From an uncultured Verrucomicrobiota bacterium (lineage in GTDB: Bacteria; Verrucomicrobiota; Kiritimatiellia; CAYTQP01; CAYXEW01): a stretch of 64,000 bases of DNA. The notes beneath the pieces are model-generated. The model saw only the letters and a program-made list of their open reading frames with translations, had not been told where the DNA came from and did not search any database. How positions within the stretch are numbered: position 1 is the stretch's first letter; each line of letters opens with the position of its first letter. The translations under genes were made by a program, and so were the position numbers. Positions 36,551 to 47,216 of the stretch are shown here, piece after piece. Where the stretch lies: NCBI GenBank assembly GCA_964464115.1, contig CAYXEW010000001.1:8740-72739 (forward strand), in the 5' to 3' direction.

Positions 36551-39500
36551 ATGAAATGGATTTTACAGAAAATTATCGGCACTAAAAATGACCGCGATGT
36601 GAAAAAAATGCAGCCGCTGGTCGAGCAGATTAATGCGCTGGAAGAAGAATTTCAAACGTTTACAGAAGACGAATTGAAGGCCAAAACGGACGAGTTTCGT
36701 AAACGTTTACAGGACGGGGAGTCCATTGATGACATCCTGTGTGAAGCCTTTGCCGTTGTCAAGAATGCCTGTCGGCGCCTCAAAGGAACGGTGGTCGATG
36801 TAGCGGGGCAGGATATCGAATGGGATATGGTACCGTTTGATGTGCAGCTTATCGGAGGTATGTGTCTTCATCAGGGTAAAATTGCAGAGATGGCTACCGG
36901 AGAGGGAAAGACCCTGGTCGCGACGATGCCCGTGTATCTCAATGCCCTGACCGGAAAAGGAGTTCATGTCGTAACCGTCAATGATTATCTGGCGCGGCGC
37001 GATGCCATTTGGATGGGGACCGTCTACACGTATCTAGGTTTGACTGTCGGCTGTATTCAGCACGATATGAGGCCGGAAGAACGGAGTGCGGAATATCGGA
37101 AAGATATCACGTATGGAACCAACAGTGAGTTCGGTTTCGACTATTTAAGAGATAATATGGCTTACGCCGGCGAGGACCAGGTTCAGCCGAAGCACCACTA
37201 TGCGATCATTGACGAAATCGACAGCATCCTTATTGATGAAGCCCGGACGCCCCTCATCATCTCAGGTCCTGCGCCCTATGAGATCAAGCAGTATACGGAA
37301 CTCAAACCGGCCGTTGCGCGCCTGGTTAAAAAACAGCGGGATACCTGCAATCAGTTGGTGACGGATGCGCGCGCCTTGATCGAGACAGGAGCGGAGGAGG
37401 AGGCTCAGCACAAGCTGTATCAACTGGGGCAGGGCATGCCGAAACACAAACAATTCATGCGCATGCTCGAAGATCCCAAGATTCGCAAACTGTACGAAAA
37501 AGTGGACAGCATGATGCTTACGGACATGCACAAAGAAGAGGCGCGTGCGCTGCGTGAAGAACTCCTCTTCAATATCGACGAGAAAGGGCACGATGCACAT
37601 CTGACGGAAAAGGGGTGTGAAATCCTCAGTCCGCATGATCCCGAAGCCTATGTCTTGCCGGACATCGTCGAAGCGATGTCTGCACTCGATGGAAATGAAG
37701 CCCTGAAGGATGAGGAGCGCTTTGAACAGAAGCAGCGGTTGCAGGATCAGTTTGCCGAAAAGAGTGAAAAGATACACGCCGTCGATCAGTTGATTAAGGC
37801 TTTTTGTGTATTTGAGAAGGATGTCGAATATGTCGTACAGGAAAACCAGGTAATCATCGTCGATGAATTTACGGGCCGTCTCATGCCGGGTCGGCGCTGG
37901 AGCGATGGGTTGCATCAGGCCGTCGAGGCCAAGGAAGGTGTCAAAGTCGAGCAGGAAACGCAGACGCTGGCAACCATTACGATTCAGAACTACTTCCGGA
38001 TGTATGAAAAACTGGCAGGCATGACGGGTACTGCGGAAACGGAAGCCGATGAATTCATGCAGATATACGGTCTCGATGTTGTGGTAATCCCAACAAACAG
38101 GCCCGTCAGACGCCTCGATTTAAATGACCAGATTTACAAGACACAGCGTGAAAAATACAATGCCGTTGTCGATGAAGTGACCCGCTGCCATGAACGCAAA
38201 CAGCCGGTGCTGGTCGGCACAATATCGGTCGATGTATCCGAATTGATCAGTCGTATGCTGAAGAGAAAAAATATTCCTCACAATGTGCTCAATGCCAAGA
38301 ACCACGAGCGCGAGGCAGAAATTGTCATGAGAGCCGGGCAGCCCGGTGCTGTTACGATCGCCACCAATATGGCGGGGCGTGGAACGGATATTAAGCTGGG
38401 GCAGGGCGTTGTAAAACTGGCGCGTGACGTCATCGAGTCACAACAGTCACTCGACGACAAGATCGACGGGCGCCCTATGAAAAAAATACTGGAAGAGGAT
38501 CCCTGTGGCCTGTGTGTCATTGGATCTTCCCGCCATGAGTCCCGCAGAATCGACCGGCAGCTCAGGGGACGTTGTGCGCGACAGGGTGACCCGGGGGCTT
38601 CCCATTTTTTCATCTCTCTCGAAGATGACCTGATGCGTTTGTTCGGTTCGGAACGCATTTCGAGTATCATGGAAAAGCTGGGCATCGAAGAGGGCGAAGT
38701 GCTCGAACACCCGTGGCTGAACCGTTCGATTGAAACAGCCCAGCGCCGGGTTGAACAGCAGAACTTCTCTATTCGCAAGCGCACCCTGGAATACGATGAT
38801 GTTATGAATAAACAGCGCGAAGTTATTTACAGCTTCCGCAGTGAGGTACTGCAGGCAGATGAACTGCGGGAGCACCTCTACGATGTGTTGCAGGAAGTGA
38901 TTTTCACCAATGCTGAAGCAGTAACTCAGGGAGGCGATGAAGCGAGAAACGACTTTGTGCAATGGGTCGACAGCACGTTTCCCGTAGGCATCAAAGTAGA
39001 AGAATTACCCGCGGGAAAAGATGCCGATGCGGAAAGGCTGACAGACTTTGTGTTTGAACGCGTGAAGAGCGCTTACGATCTCAAAGCGGGTATGGAAGAT
39101 GCGAAAAACCTCAGCCGGATGGAACGGCAGATCATGTTGCAGTCCGTGGATACGCACTGGCAGGAATACCTGCGCAGTATGGATGCACTGCGGCAAGGTG
39201 TTTCATTGAGGGCTTATGGACAGCGGGATCCGCTCGTCGAATACAAAAAAGAAGCCTACACCATGTTCTCAGACCTGATGGATAAAATCTATGATGATAT
39301 CGCGGCAAGGGTGTTCAGGTCTGCCACCAATTATGAAGCGTTCACAAGGTTTCTGTCGAGCTTGCCCCAAAAGCTGGTACATGATGAAGTTCAGTCGCTC
39401 GGCGGCAGCCCCGCACCGGCCTCTGCCATGGGCCGCTCCAGGCCTGGGGCGGAGATGCCAGACGGCCCGTCTGTACAGAGCGGCCCCAGGGGTGCTAAAC

Positions 39501-39604
39501 AGCAGACTGTAACCCGTGAGGCCCCAAAAGTCGGACGGAATGATCCCTGCCCATGTGGGAGTGGACGCAAATACAAAAAGTGTTGTGGGGCAGGGGAGTT
39601 TTAG
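36551..39604 (+). CDS. secA: preprotein translocase ATPase SecA
   Basis: SecA along its full length, with DEAD motor motifs and a C-terminal Zn finger ([14 protein letters not shown]). Confidence 0.95.
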   Translation: MKWILQKIIGTKNDRDVKKMQPLVEQINALEEEFQTFTEDELKAKTDEFRKRLQDGESIDDILCEAFAVVKNACRRLKGTVVDVAGQDIEWDMVPFDVQLIGGMCLHQGKIAEMATGEGKTLVATMPVYLNALTGKGVHVVTVNDYLARRDAIWMGTVYTYLGLTVGCIQHDMRPEERSAEYRKDITYGTNSEFGFDYLRDNMAYAGEDQVQPKHHYAIIDEIDSILIDEARTPLIISGPAPYEIKQYTELKPAVARLVKKQRDTCNQLVTDARALIETGAEEEAQHKLYQLGQGMPKHKQFMRMLEDPKIRKLYEKVDSMMLTDMHKEEARALREELLFNIDEKGHDAHLTEKGCEILSPHDPEAYVLPDIVEAMSALDGNEALKDEERFEQKQRLQDQFAEKSEKIHAVDQLIKAFCVFEKDVEYVVQENQVIIVDEFTGRLMPGRRWSDGLHQAVEAKEGVKVEQETQTLATITIQNYFRMYEKLAGMTGTAETEADEFMQIYGLDVVVIPTNRPVRRLDLNDQIYKTQREKYNAVVDEVTRCHERKQPVLVGTISVDVSELISRMLKRKNIPHNVLNAKNHEREAEIVMRAGQPGAVTIATNMAGRGTDIKLGQGVVKLARDVIESQQSLDDKIDGRPMKKILEEDPCGLCVIGSSRHESRRIDRQLRGRCARQGDPGASHFFISLEDDLMRLFGSERISSIMEKLGIEEGEVLEHPWLNRSIETAQRRVEQQNFSIRKRTLEYDDVMNKQREVIYSFRSEVLQADELREHLYDVLQEVIFTNAEAVTQGGDEARNDFVQWVDSTFPVGIKVEELPAGKDADAERLTDFVFERVKSAYDLKAGMEDAKNLSRMERQIMLQSVDTHWQEYLRSMDALRQGVSLRAYGQRDPLVEYKKEAYTMFSDLMDKIYDDIAARVFRSATNYEAFTRFLSSLPQKLVHDEVQSLGGSPAPASAMGRSRPGAEMPDGPSVQSGPRGAKQQTVTREAPKVGRNDPCPCGSGRKYKKCCGAGEF

Positions 39605-39879
39605 TTCAAAGGGTCGGCTCGGGCATCATAAGCTGATCTGTTTTCCCGAATGGGGCTGGCTCCCATCCTAATAATCTGTAACCGATATGATAATTGAGAA
39701 CGATAGACGCCTGTTCACTGTTGGTATTATACCTTACATTAATCCTATATACAGCAGTTGAAGTGCGGAAACTATTTCTGCACCCCGTGAACGCACAGCC
39801 TGAAAAACACACCGCTATTCTTTACAACCTGTAGCACTGTTTTCAGTATGTAGACTGTCGGATAAGGGCTTACCCGTCA

Positions 39880-40650
39880 CTACCATCTGCACGCTACCGG
39901 ATAATGGTCAGACAGCATATCCAAAGGCGGGTCTGTCAACGGCTTTACGGCCGGTTTACACATCATCATTTCTTCATTGCAGAGGATGTAATCAATCCTC
40001 ATTTCCTCAGAGTGGGCTTTGTCTTCGCGAAGCATGGTGGGAATTGTCTTTCTGAACACGGACGTATGTGCCGGATCGTGCAGGCCCGCATCGAGCAACA
40101 TTTGCATAGGGGTGTAATCTATGGCTCCGCATTTATTGAGGTACTTTCTCGTCAGCTTGGGATGTTGCTTAATGCGGTCGGTCATCGTAACGCTTTCGTA
40201 GTGTGCGCGATCAAGCGGTGACAGAGTGTTCAGGTCACCCATCAGCAGCAATGGACCCCGTATGTCCTTCATTGCGTTCAGCAGGGTCTGCACTTCCCTA
40301 ATCCTGTCATTGCTGTTCCATGGCGAAAGGTGCGTAATCAATATATTTATGTCGAGTATTTGGACATGAATTGCGGCGTGGACAAAAGGGGCGTGGAATG
40401 CTTTTACAGGTCGAATAGGATAGCGCGAAAAGAGACCTATCTGAAAGCCGCTGCTGATCGCTTCTGTAATCCATGCATATTCGTAGCCGCACCGATTAGC
40501 TCTCTTGACGGTATCTTGTATGGAGCCCCAACAGCACAATTCATTAAAACCTGTAATATCATAGGGATGTTCAAGAAGCCAGCGGCACATATCTGCCCAG
40601 CGCTCCTCTTCCCGGCAGCCATTATAGATGTTATACTGGAGAACGTTCAT
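39880..40650 (-). CDS. endonuclease/exonuclease/phosphatase (EEP) family protein
   Basis: An N-terminal NVLQYNI and a C-terminal SDHYPV bracket the EEP fold. Confidence 0.7.
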   Translation of the reverse strand: MNVLQYNIYNGCREEERWADMCRWLLEHPYDITGFNELCCWGSIQDTVKRANRCGYEYAWITEAISSGFQIGLFSRYPIRPVKAFHAPFVHAAIHVQILDINILITHLSPWNSNDRIREVQTLLNAMKDIRGPLLLMGDLNTLSPLDRAHYESVTMTDRIKQHPKLTRKYLNKCGAIDYTPMQMLLDAGLHDPAHTSVFRKTIPTMLREDKAHSEEMRIDYILCNEEMMMCKPAVKPLTDPPLDMLSDHYPVACRW

Positions 40651-40662
40651 AGAGGCCCGGCC

Positions 40663-43600
40663 CTAGCTGTTTTTCAGGGTCGCTAGCATATCCCGCAATT
40701 TCTGCCCCATTGCGCTATGTTCAAACTTGAGAAACAGCTTACCCATGAAGCGAGAAGAACGCAGTGATGAGGTGAACCAGTAAGCCAATCGAGAATTGGG
40801 AAACAGGTAGGTTGGTAATTCCGTCTGTGTAAACGGCATATTCCAGTCAATGCCTTTGAATGCCGTAATATTGGGCATCATAAGAGTCTGAATCCAAGCG
40901 CAAGCAGCTGGATCTAATTGACCTTCAGCCCACTCTTCCGCCATTCCCTGCCTTAAAATGGCCTGATTGACAGACTCCCATATGTGGCCGCTGCCATTAT
41001 GCAGCCATTCTTTCCAGATATCGCCCTCTTCATCGACACAGGCCCTGCCGGTGTCTTTACTCAGTATTGGCGAAAGCTGCAGTGCATTATCAAAAATTCG
41101 GGTTACGTCCTGAATAAAGCGCTCGGGATCCGTCTGCTGGAGTGTGGGGGCATTGTGCAATGCCGGGTTACATCGATACAGTTCGAGGGCCCGCAGGAAT
41201 GCAGTGTGTTCATTGGGGACAAAGCAGGGTCGCTGCAGAGAAAGCAGTGTCAGCATGCGGCCCACTTTTCGCTGGCGCTCCAGAAAGGAATGCGGCGTCA
41301 TCAGGTGATTGTGAAAACCGATGGCGTTTTCCAAGTGGCGCAGGACCATGCCGCGCAAATGCAGGCGATATCCAAATTCAATATCCTCATAAGCCGCGTA
41401 GCGGTAGCGCGTGCTGAAAAGAACTTCTTCACGTATGACGAATGATCTCTTCAGTGAGCAGTTAGAGGTGTAGAGGCGGTCAAAAGGGACGACGGCGTCA
41501 TGGCTCATATCGTTGTATTTAAACTGCTGGCCGCCCGAACCCGTTATGTGTTCCATAAAGACGGTCTCGGGTAAGTCCGGATGCCAGAGGGTCAGTCCGA
41601 CAAAGGCCGTGTCTTCCTGCGGGAATCGATCGTGGCCACGTATATGGGTCGACAGAAAGTCCTTGCGCGGCTCGATATCATCGCCGGTAATGAGGATGAT
41701 TTTGCCCGCGGCCTGTTGTATCGCCAGGTTTCGAGCCGCTGCGGGACCGCCTTGACCGCAGTTGTCCAATACGCGGACATTCAGCATACTGTGTCTGGAG
41801 GCCTCTCGCTGTACGGCCTCGAGGTCCCCGTGATCATTGACAATGACAATTTCATACGTCCGCGGATCGATCGTCTGTTGCCGGTAGGCGTTCAGCGTCT
41901 GACCCAGAACATCGACCCGATCTTTTGTCGGAATAATGACCGAAAGGTCTACCGTGTCAGGATAGTTTCGTTTACTGATTTCGACGAAGCGATCATCGTG
42001 CCAGTCTTCAAGGGTTTTCATGAGGCGCCCAGCGGCAGCATCCCATGAAAAATTTGAACGAACCTGTTCCAGTGCCCGCTGACCGGTTTCGATCACTTCA
42101 TCTCTGCGATCAAGAATGGATGTAAGCTGTTCTGTCAGGCTGTCTTCGCGCGGTTGACACCAGTAAGCACCTTCTCCGAGAAAATAGTGATTGTAGTCAT
42201 AGCAGTTTTTGACGGGTACTTCATCGTAGGGAAGGTCGAAAAACATGCCCGAACGGGCAAACTCCATGGGGCCTCCGAAAGCGGGCATCAATGTGGGCAC
42301 CCCGACAGCAGCAGCATCCAGGATTTTCATAGCAAAGCCCTCCCCGCGAAACGGGGCCAGCTGGATATCCATGGAGGCGTACAACCTGATCAGGTCTTGC
42401 TTACTGAGGAATTCCCTGTGCCAGACAATACGCGGAAATTGTGGTTGTTCGGCGATCCACTTCTTGAGCTGCGCATCACTGGCCCCGGCCCCGTAATCCT
42501 TGATATGCAGGACAACCGGATCCCGCTCGCTGTAGGCGCGACCCAGTGCTTTTATGGCGATGTCCGTTCCGTAGCGGTAGAGATCATGGGAATTCGTCAC
42601 CATCAGCATTTGCAGTTCATCGTTATTATTCTTCCCCGCAAGGGCATCGGCATCCGGGTACAGCGCATCGATTTCCGTTGAATAGCCGAGGGGTACCGTT
42701 TGGCAGGCCTTTTCCGGAATTCCTATTTCCAGCAATGCATCCCGGTTAAAACCGGATACCGGTATTTTACGGAATTCATTGACTTGGACATGGCGCATCC
42801 AGAGATCCAGCTTCCGCCCTTCCATTCGGTAACGATAGTTTGTGCAGAAGAACTCGGCATTGATGTCACCGAACAGTGGTTTCCTGTAATAGTCTGGCCA
42901 GTAATGGGTCCATTTGACATGATAGGTACTGCGAGGCTGCGCAGACATACAGGCCCGCAGCATATTCTGATGATGCCTCTCAATGGAGTCATCCAGCTTG
43001 GTGGACATGGGAATACTCAGTGAGACGCCGCGTCTGCGGAGGGCTCCCATGAGATCAACAGTAGCCCATGTGAAGGCATTGGCTTTTGTAAAATCGACAT
43101 TCAGGTGGAGTCCTTTTTCAGCGCTCGGTCGGTTGCTAGTCCTGCGAGCCGCTTTTTCATTGTGGATACGGTCCTGTTCTCCCAGTGTTTCCAAATCCCA
43201 CTCGTAGCGGTTATTCCAGCGCGACAAAAACTGTTGCCAGTTCTCTTCATCTTTTTCCGTTCTTCCTTCGGTGGCCTGACCGTAGTGATATATTTTACTG
43301 GCAGGCGTATACCAGACACCATATCCGGCCTGCCGTGAGCGAAGGCAAAAATCGACGTCTTCAAAGCCGTTTTGGTAGCTTTCATCGAGGCCGCCCAGTT
43401 CGTCGTATACCTTTTTAGCTATCATGACGCAGGCGAAGGTGACGCACTGAAATTGACGCTGGTAGAGAGCGGAGGGCGTATCGGGCGGCATTCCGGGATT
43501 CAGATGGAGGGGAAAGCCCTCTTTGTCAAACCCCATTCCTGCATGCTGAATCTTTCCTGAATCCGGATAGAGGTGGCAATTGGCCAATACCCCGACGCGA

Positions 43601-43947
43601 TCTGTTGACTCCATCACAGCGACCATGTTGTCGAGCCAGCCCGGCGTAACAAAGGTATCATTATTGAGCAGGCAGAGCAGTTCGCCTTTGGCTTCTTTTG
43701 CGCCCCTGTTATTGTTGGTACTGTAAGACTTCCGGGTGTCATTGCGGAACGTTCTGATGGGAATATCGCCAGCCAGTCCGGACAGGTCGGGCTGTTCACT
43801 TCCGGCATCGTCAATCAGGATGATCTCCCGGGATACGCGGCCTGAGCAATCAACGATGGATTTCACACAGGCTTCGGTTAACTCCCTGCAGTTATAATAA
43901 GGGATAATAATTGATACCTTTGGGGCATCCTGTCTTTCCAGTGCCAT
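40663..43947 (-). CDS. large multi-domain glycosyltransferase (an N-terminal GT2, a central GT4-like region and a C-terminal GT2)
   Basis: VSIIIPYYNC...LIDDAGS (GT2), a central Rossmann GT-B-like region, then LSVIIPTKDR...IVIVNDHGD (a second GT2). It is 1094 aa. Confidence 0.75.
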   Translation of the reverse strand: MALERQDAPKVSIIIPYYNCRELTEACVKSIVDCSGRVSREIILIDDAGSEQPDLSGLAGDIPIRTFRNDTRKSYSTNNNRGAKEAKGELLCLLNNDTFVTPGWLDNMVAVMESTDRVGVLANCHLYPDSGKIQHAGMGFDKEGFPLHLNPGMPPDTPSALYQRQFQCVTFACVMIAKKVYDELGGLDESYQNGFEDVDFCLRSRQAGYGVWYTPASKIYHYGQATEGRTEKDEENWQQFLSRWNNRYEWDLETLGEQDRIHNEKAARRTSNRPSAEKGLHLNVDFTKANAFTWATVDLMGALRRRGVSLSIPMSTKLDDSIERHHQNMLRACMSAQPRSTYHVKWTHYWPDYYRKPLFGDINAEFFCTNYRYRMEGRKLDLWMRHVQVNEFRKIPVSGFNRDALLEIGIPEKACQTVPLGYSTEIDALYPDADALAGKNNNDELQMLMVTNSHDLYRYGTDIAIKALGRAYSERDPVVLHIKDYGAGASDAQLKKWIAEQPQFPRIVWHREFLSKQDLIRLYASMDIQLAPFRGEGFAMKILDAAAVGVPTLMPAFGGPMEFARSGMFFDLPYDEVPVKNCYDYNHYFLGEGAYWCQPREDSLTEQLTSILDRRDEVIETGQRALEQVRSNFSWDAAAGRLMKTLEDWHDDRFVEISKRNYPDTVDLSVIIPTKDRVDVLGQTLNAYRQQTIDPRTYEIVIVNDHGDLEAVQREASRHSMLNVRVLDNCGQGGPAAARNLAIQQAAGKIILITGDDIEPRKDFLSTHIRGHDRFPQEDTAFVGLTLWHPDLPETVFMEHITGSGGQQFKYNDMSHDAVVPFDRLYTSNCSLKRSFVIREEVLFSTRYRYAAYEDIEFGYRLHLRGMVLRHLENAIGFHNHLMTPHSFLERQRKVGRMLTLLSLQRPCFVPNEHTAFLRALELYRCNPALHNAPTLQQTDPERFIQDVTRIFDNALQLSPILSKDTGRACVDEEGDIWKEWLHNGSGHIWESVNQAILRQGMAEEWAEGQLDPAACAWIQTLMMPNITAFKGIDWNMPFTQTELPTYLFPNSRLAYWFTSSLRSSRFMGKLFLKFEHSAMGQKLRDMLATLKNS

Positions 43948-43964
43948 GACGCAAACCTCTTCTT

Positions 43965-45179
43965 CTATTTCGCCGTACCTCTATATGTCACTTCCATGTC
44001 GGCCTCCAGATTGGCGATACCGTAAGCCGGCTTGTCTGAAATCGCCTCAAAGGCAATACTTTCAGAACCGCCGATTGTTTCCGGCATATCCTTTTTTATT
44101 TCTGCGAGTCCCATACCCAGCCGGAAAGGGCCGGGGCAGATATTCATACGAATGTTCACCTTTACGGCTATGCGCTCGCCCGCTTTCATGGGGCGAATGG
44201 GGGTGTGCGCAGAGCGGGAATTATAGTCGTAGGCCGTAAAGCCCATCATGGTTTTGAGTTGAATACTAATGAGCGGCTCTTCTATATCAACATGGACCGT
44301 GAACTCCGCTCTAATAAAGTATTCTTCACCCGTGCGCGGGTGGATCACCTCGACACCTTTGTCATCGGTCAATACCATTTTTTCAAATGACATACGCGGC
44401 CCCGGCGCATAATCCGAGCCGGAGTTTTCCGGTGCGTCGGTCGTACTCAGTCTGGCCAGATAGGTGTCGGTTACTTCTTTGGGGTCACCGGTGCAAATCA
44501 TGTAACCCTTGTCCAACAGGATAGCCTCATCGCAGAGCATTTGAACGGCATTCAAATCATGGGATACAAATAGGATGCTGGTACCGTTCTTCTTCAATTC
44601 CTCGATGCGGCGAAAGCAGCGGGACTGGAAGCCGATATCGCCCACTGACAAGATCTCATCGATGAGTAACAGGGTGGGGTTTACTTCAATAGCAACCGCA
44701 AATGCCAGGCGTGCAAACATGCCGGAGGAGTATGTCTTGACGGGATAATCGATGTGTTTTCCGATGTCGGCAAAGGCGATAATGCGGTCCAGTTTTTCTT
44801 CCAGTTCATGGGGCTGGTAGCCATAGATGGATCCCGAGAGCATGACATTTTCCCGGCCGGTAAAATCGGGATTAAAACCCGCTCCCAGTTCGAGCAGTGC
44901 CGCGACGTTGCCCTCCACGTGAATAGATCCGACCGTCGGTTCCAGCAAACCGGCAACCATTTGCATGAGCGTCGACTTTCCACTGCCGTTTTTGCCGATA
45001 ATGCCGAGCACCCGGCCGGCTTTCAGCTCAAAGGATACATCCCGCAGAGCCCAAAATTCATTGGCGGTCGGCATCTTTAAAAAAGGGAACAGATAGCGCA
45101 TTCGATTGCCTGCTTTCAAATCAGGATACGACTTTCCCAAGTGTTCCGCTTTTACCAGCAGGTTCAGGCTACAAGACAT
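43965..45179 (-). CDS. wzt: Wzt/TagH-type polysaccharide ABC exporter ATPase with a C-terminal glycan-binding beta-sandwich domain
   Basis: GIIGKNGSGKSTL, LSGGM-type signature and Walker B, then a C-terminal extension of about 150 aa. I place the start at MSCSLNLL (ATG at 45179, GAGG upstream), 7 nt after the wzm stop; the track ORF extends further 5'. Confidence 0.8.
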   Translation of the reverse strand: MSCSLNLLVKAEHLGKSYPDLKAGNRMRYLFPFLKMPTANEFWALRDVSFELKAGRVLGIIGKNGSGKSTLMQMVAGLLEPTVGSIHVEGNVAALLELGAGFNPDFTGRENVMLSGSIYGYQPHELEEKLDRIIAFADIGKHIDYPVKTYSSGMFARLAFAVAIEVNPTLLLIDEILSVGDIGFQSRCFRRIEELKKNGTSILFVSHDLNAVQMLCDEAILLDKGYMICTGDPKEVTDTYLARLSTTDAPENSGSDYAPGPRMSFEKMVLTDDKGVEVIHPRTGEEYFIRAEFTVHVDIEEPLISIQLKTMMGFTAYDYNSRSAHTPIRPMKAGERIAVKVNIRMNICPGPFRLGMGLAEIKKDMPETIGGSESIAFEAISDKPAYGIANLEADMEVTYRGTAK

Positions 45180-46041
45180 CGGCGAACCTCCGTTTAACGG
45201 CCTTGAACCATCCGGCGACCAGTAACAGCAATAGAATATTGCCCAGCATCTGGTATATCCACATACGCATTTGCAACGGTACGCCGAGAATACAGTTTTC
45301 ACGAATTTGCAGCACGGCCACCGCCACCGGATTGATCCACAGGATTACGCGCCAGGCTTCCGGAATAAAATTGGCAGGATAGATGATCGGTGTCAGGAAA
45401 AAGAGGATATTCATCAGCAGGCCTATGCCGTGACTGAGATCTCTGATAAAAACGCCTGCGGCCGCCAGAAAGAGGGCCGCACTGAGTGTGAAAAGGGTCA
45501 GTGGAAGCCAGATGAGGGGAAGGTAAAGGGCGGTCAGCGGAATATAGCCGAGCACATAGTAAATCAGCACAAAGAGTAACCCGGTGGAGATGAGCGCATG
45601 AAAAAGGGAAGACCCCAGCACTACCGCCGGCAGTAGCTGTACGGGAAAGGCAATACGTTTCACGTAGTTGGGAGACTGCAGTATCAGGGCGGGAGCCCGT
45701 GAAACCGTTTCCACAAAACAGTTAAAAGGAATGAGACCACAGAAAAACATAACAACAAAATAGGCCGGCTGATCCTGCGCGCCCCAGCGCATTTTAAAAA
45801 AATAGCCAAAGACGAGGGTATAGGTTGCCAGCAATGTGAGAGGCGTAATAAGGCTCCACAGCAGGCCGAGCCCCGAGCCGCGGTAGCGTGCGGCAATTTC
45901 CCGGCGCGTAAGGGCCAAGAGAAGCCCCCTGTGTTTGATAAAGGAACCCATTGTTTCAAATGAGGAACGGAATATGGCAACTAGAGTATTCATCGTCGCG
46001 GTGATTTCCTCAGACAGGTCGACCGTTCCGGGAATACCCAT
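45169..46041 (-). CDS. wzm: ABC-2 type polysaccharide exporter permease (Wzm)
   Basis: ABC-2 permease with 6 TM helices. It lies immediately upstream of, and is coupled to, wzt. Confidence 0.8.
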   Translation of the reverse strand: MGIPGTVDLSEEITATMNTLVAIFRSSFETMGSFIKHRGLLLALTRREIAARYRGSGLGLLWSLITPLTLLATYTLVFGYFFKMRWGAQDQPAYFVVMFFCGLIPFNCFVETVSRAPALILQSPNYVKRIAFPVQLLPAVVLGSSLFHALISTGLLFVLIYYVLGYIPLTALYLPLIWLPLTLFTLSAALFLAAAGVFIRDLSHGIGLLMNILFFLTPIIYPANFIPEAWRVILWINPVAVAVLQIRENCILGVPLQMRMWIYQMLGNILLLLLVAGWFKAVKRRFADVL

Positions 46042-46268
46042 GCCGGCACATCTGCATTATTACCATGCGAGAGAACCCGATCACTTTTTACGCTCAGCTC
46101 CAAATTCATCGGTCGAAAATAGGCAAGCACCCCTGGATTGTCAAGCTATTCCCCCGCCGCCGTTGAGCCTTTTCACCGATCGCCGGTATGCATTTTTGTG
46201 CTTGTTTAGTGAACCTAAAAAGGCAACTGTATCTGGGTGCCCCAAGTGAGGTGCATTGATCTGCGTTT

Positions 46269-47216
46269 ATGGAAAAAACAACTACAGCTTATGCCCCGGC
46301 GGTGTCGATTGTCATTCCCACGTTGAATGCAGCTTCATATATGGAACCGCTACTCCGAGCAATTACCACCCAGCACTACGACAACCTCAGGGAAATTATC
46401 GTGCTGGATTCGCAATCGACGGACCGCACCTGTGAACTGGCCGCGCTGTATGAGAATGTTCGGGTGGAGACCGTTGAACAGTTTTCCCACGGAGGTTCAC
46501 GGAATATGGGGACGGTTATGAGCACCGGTGATATCGTCGTTTTTCTGAGTCAGGATGCACTGCCGGCCAACAAGCACTGGTTGGAAAATCTCATCAAACC
46601 GTTTCAGGACGCTGATGTCGCTGCTGCTTTTTCCCGTCAGGTGCCGCGTCCTGATGCCAACCCCATGGAACGCTATTTTCTGTTGACGCACTTTCCTGAG
46701 AAAAACAGGCGTTACGGTCCTGCGCCCGATGGGCGAGAACTGTATTTTCAGGACGATGTCTTCTTTTCCAACGTCAGCTCGGCCCTCCGGCGCCATCTGG
46801 CTCTGGATTTCCCTTTTTCAGATGATATCATTATGAGCGAAGATCAGCAATTTGCCCGCGATGTGCAGCGGGAAGGTTTTGCGGTGGCATATGCGGCAGA
46901 ATCAGTGGTCTGTCACTCGCATAAGTACACGCTTCGCACCGTCTTTCAGCGCTATTTTGACAGTGTCTATTCCCTGACCCAAGTTTTTCCGTCGCATGGT
47001 TTTACGCACAGCATTCGTCTCGGAGCGCGCTATGCCTTCGCCGAATGTTTATACATTCTGCGCGTCAGACCATTCTGGTTTCCTTACTATCTGCTGTATG
47101 CGCTGAACCGCGCGGCAGCCGTTTTTCTGGCGCACTGGGCAGATCGTATACCGCTGTGGCTGGTAAAAAAAATGAGTATGCACAAGTATTACTGGGATCA
47201 TGAACAGAGAATGTGA
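46269..47216 (+). CDS. GT2 family glycosyltransferase
   Basis: VSIVIPTLNAASYM...IVLDSQSTDRT...SQDA. Confidence 0.8.
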   Translation: MEKTTTAYAPAVSIVIPTLNAASYMEPLLRAITTQHYDNLREIIVLDSQSTDRTCELAALYENVRVETVEQFSHGGSRNMGTVMSTGDIVVFLSQDALPANKHWLENLIKPFQDADVAAAFSRQVPRPDANPMERYFLLTHFPEKNRRYGPAPDGRELYFQDDVFFSNVSSALRRHLALDFPFSDDIIMSEDQQFARDVQREGFAVAYAAESVVCHSHKYTLRTVFQRYFDSVYSLTQVFPSHGFTHSIRLGARYAFAECLYILRVRPFWFPYYLLYALNRAAAVFLAHWADRIPLWLVKKMSMHKYYWDHEQRM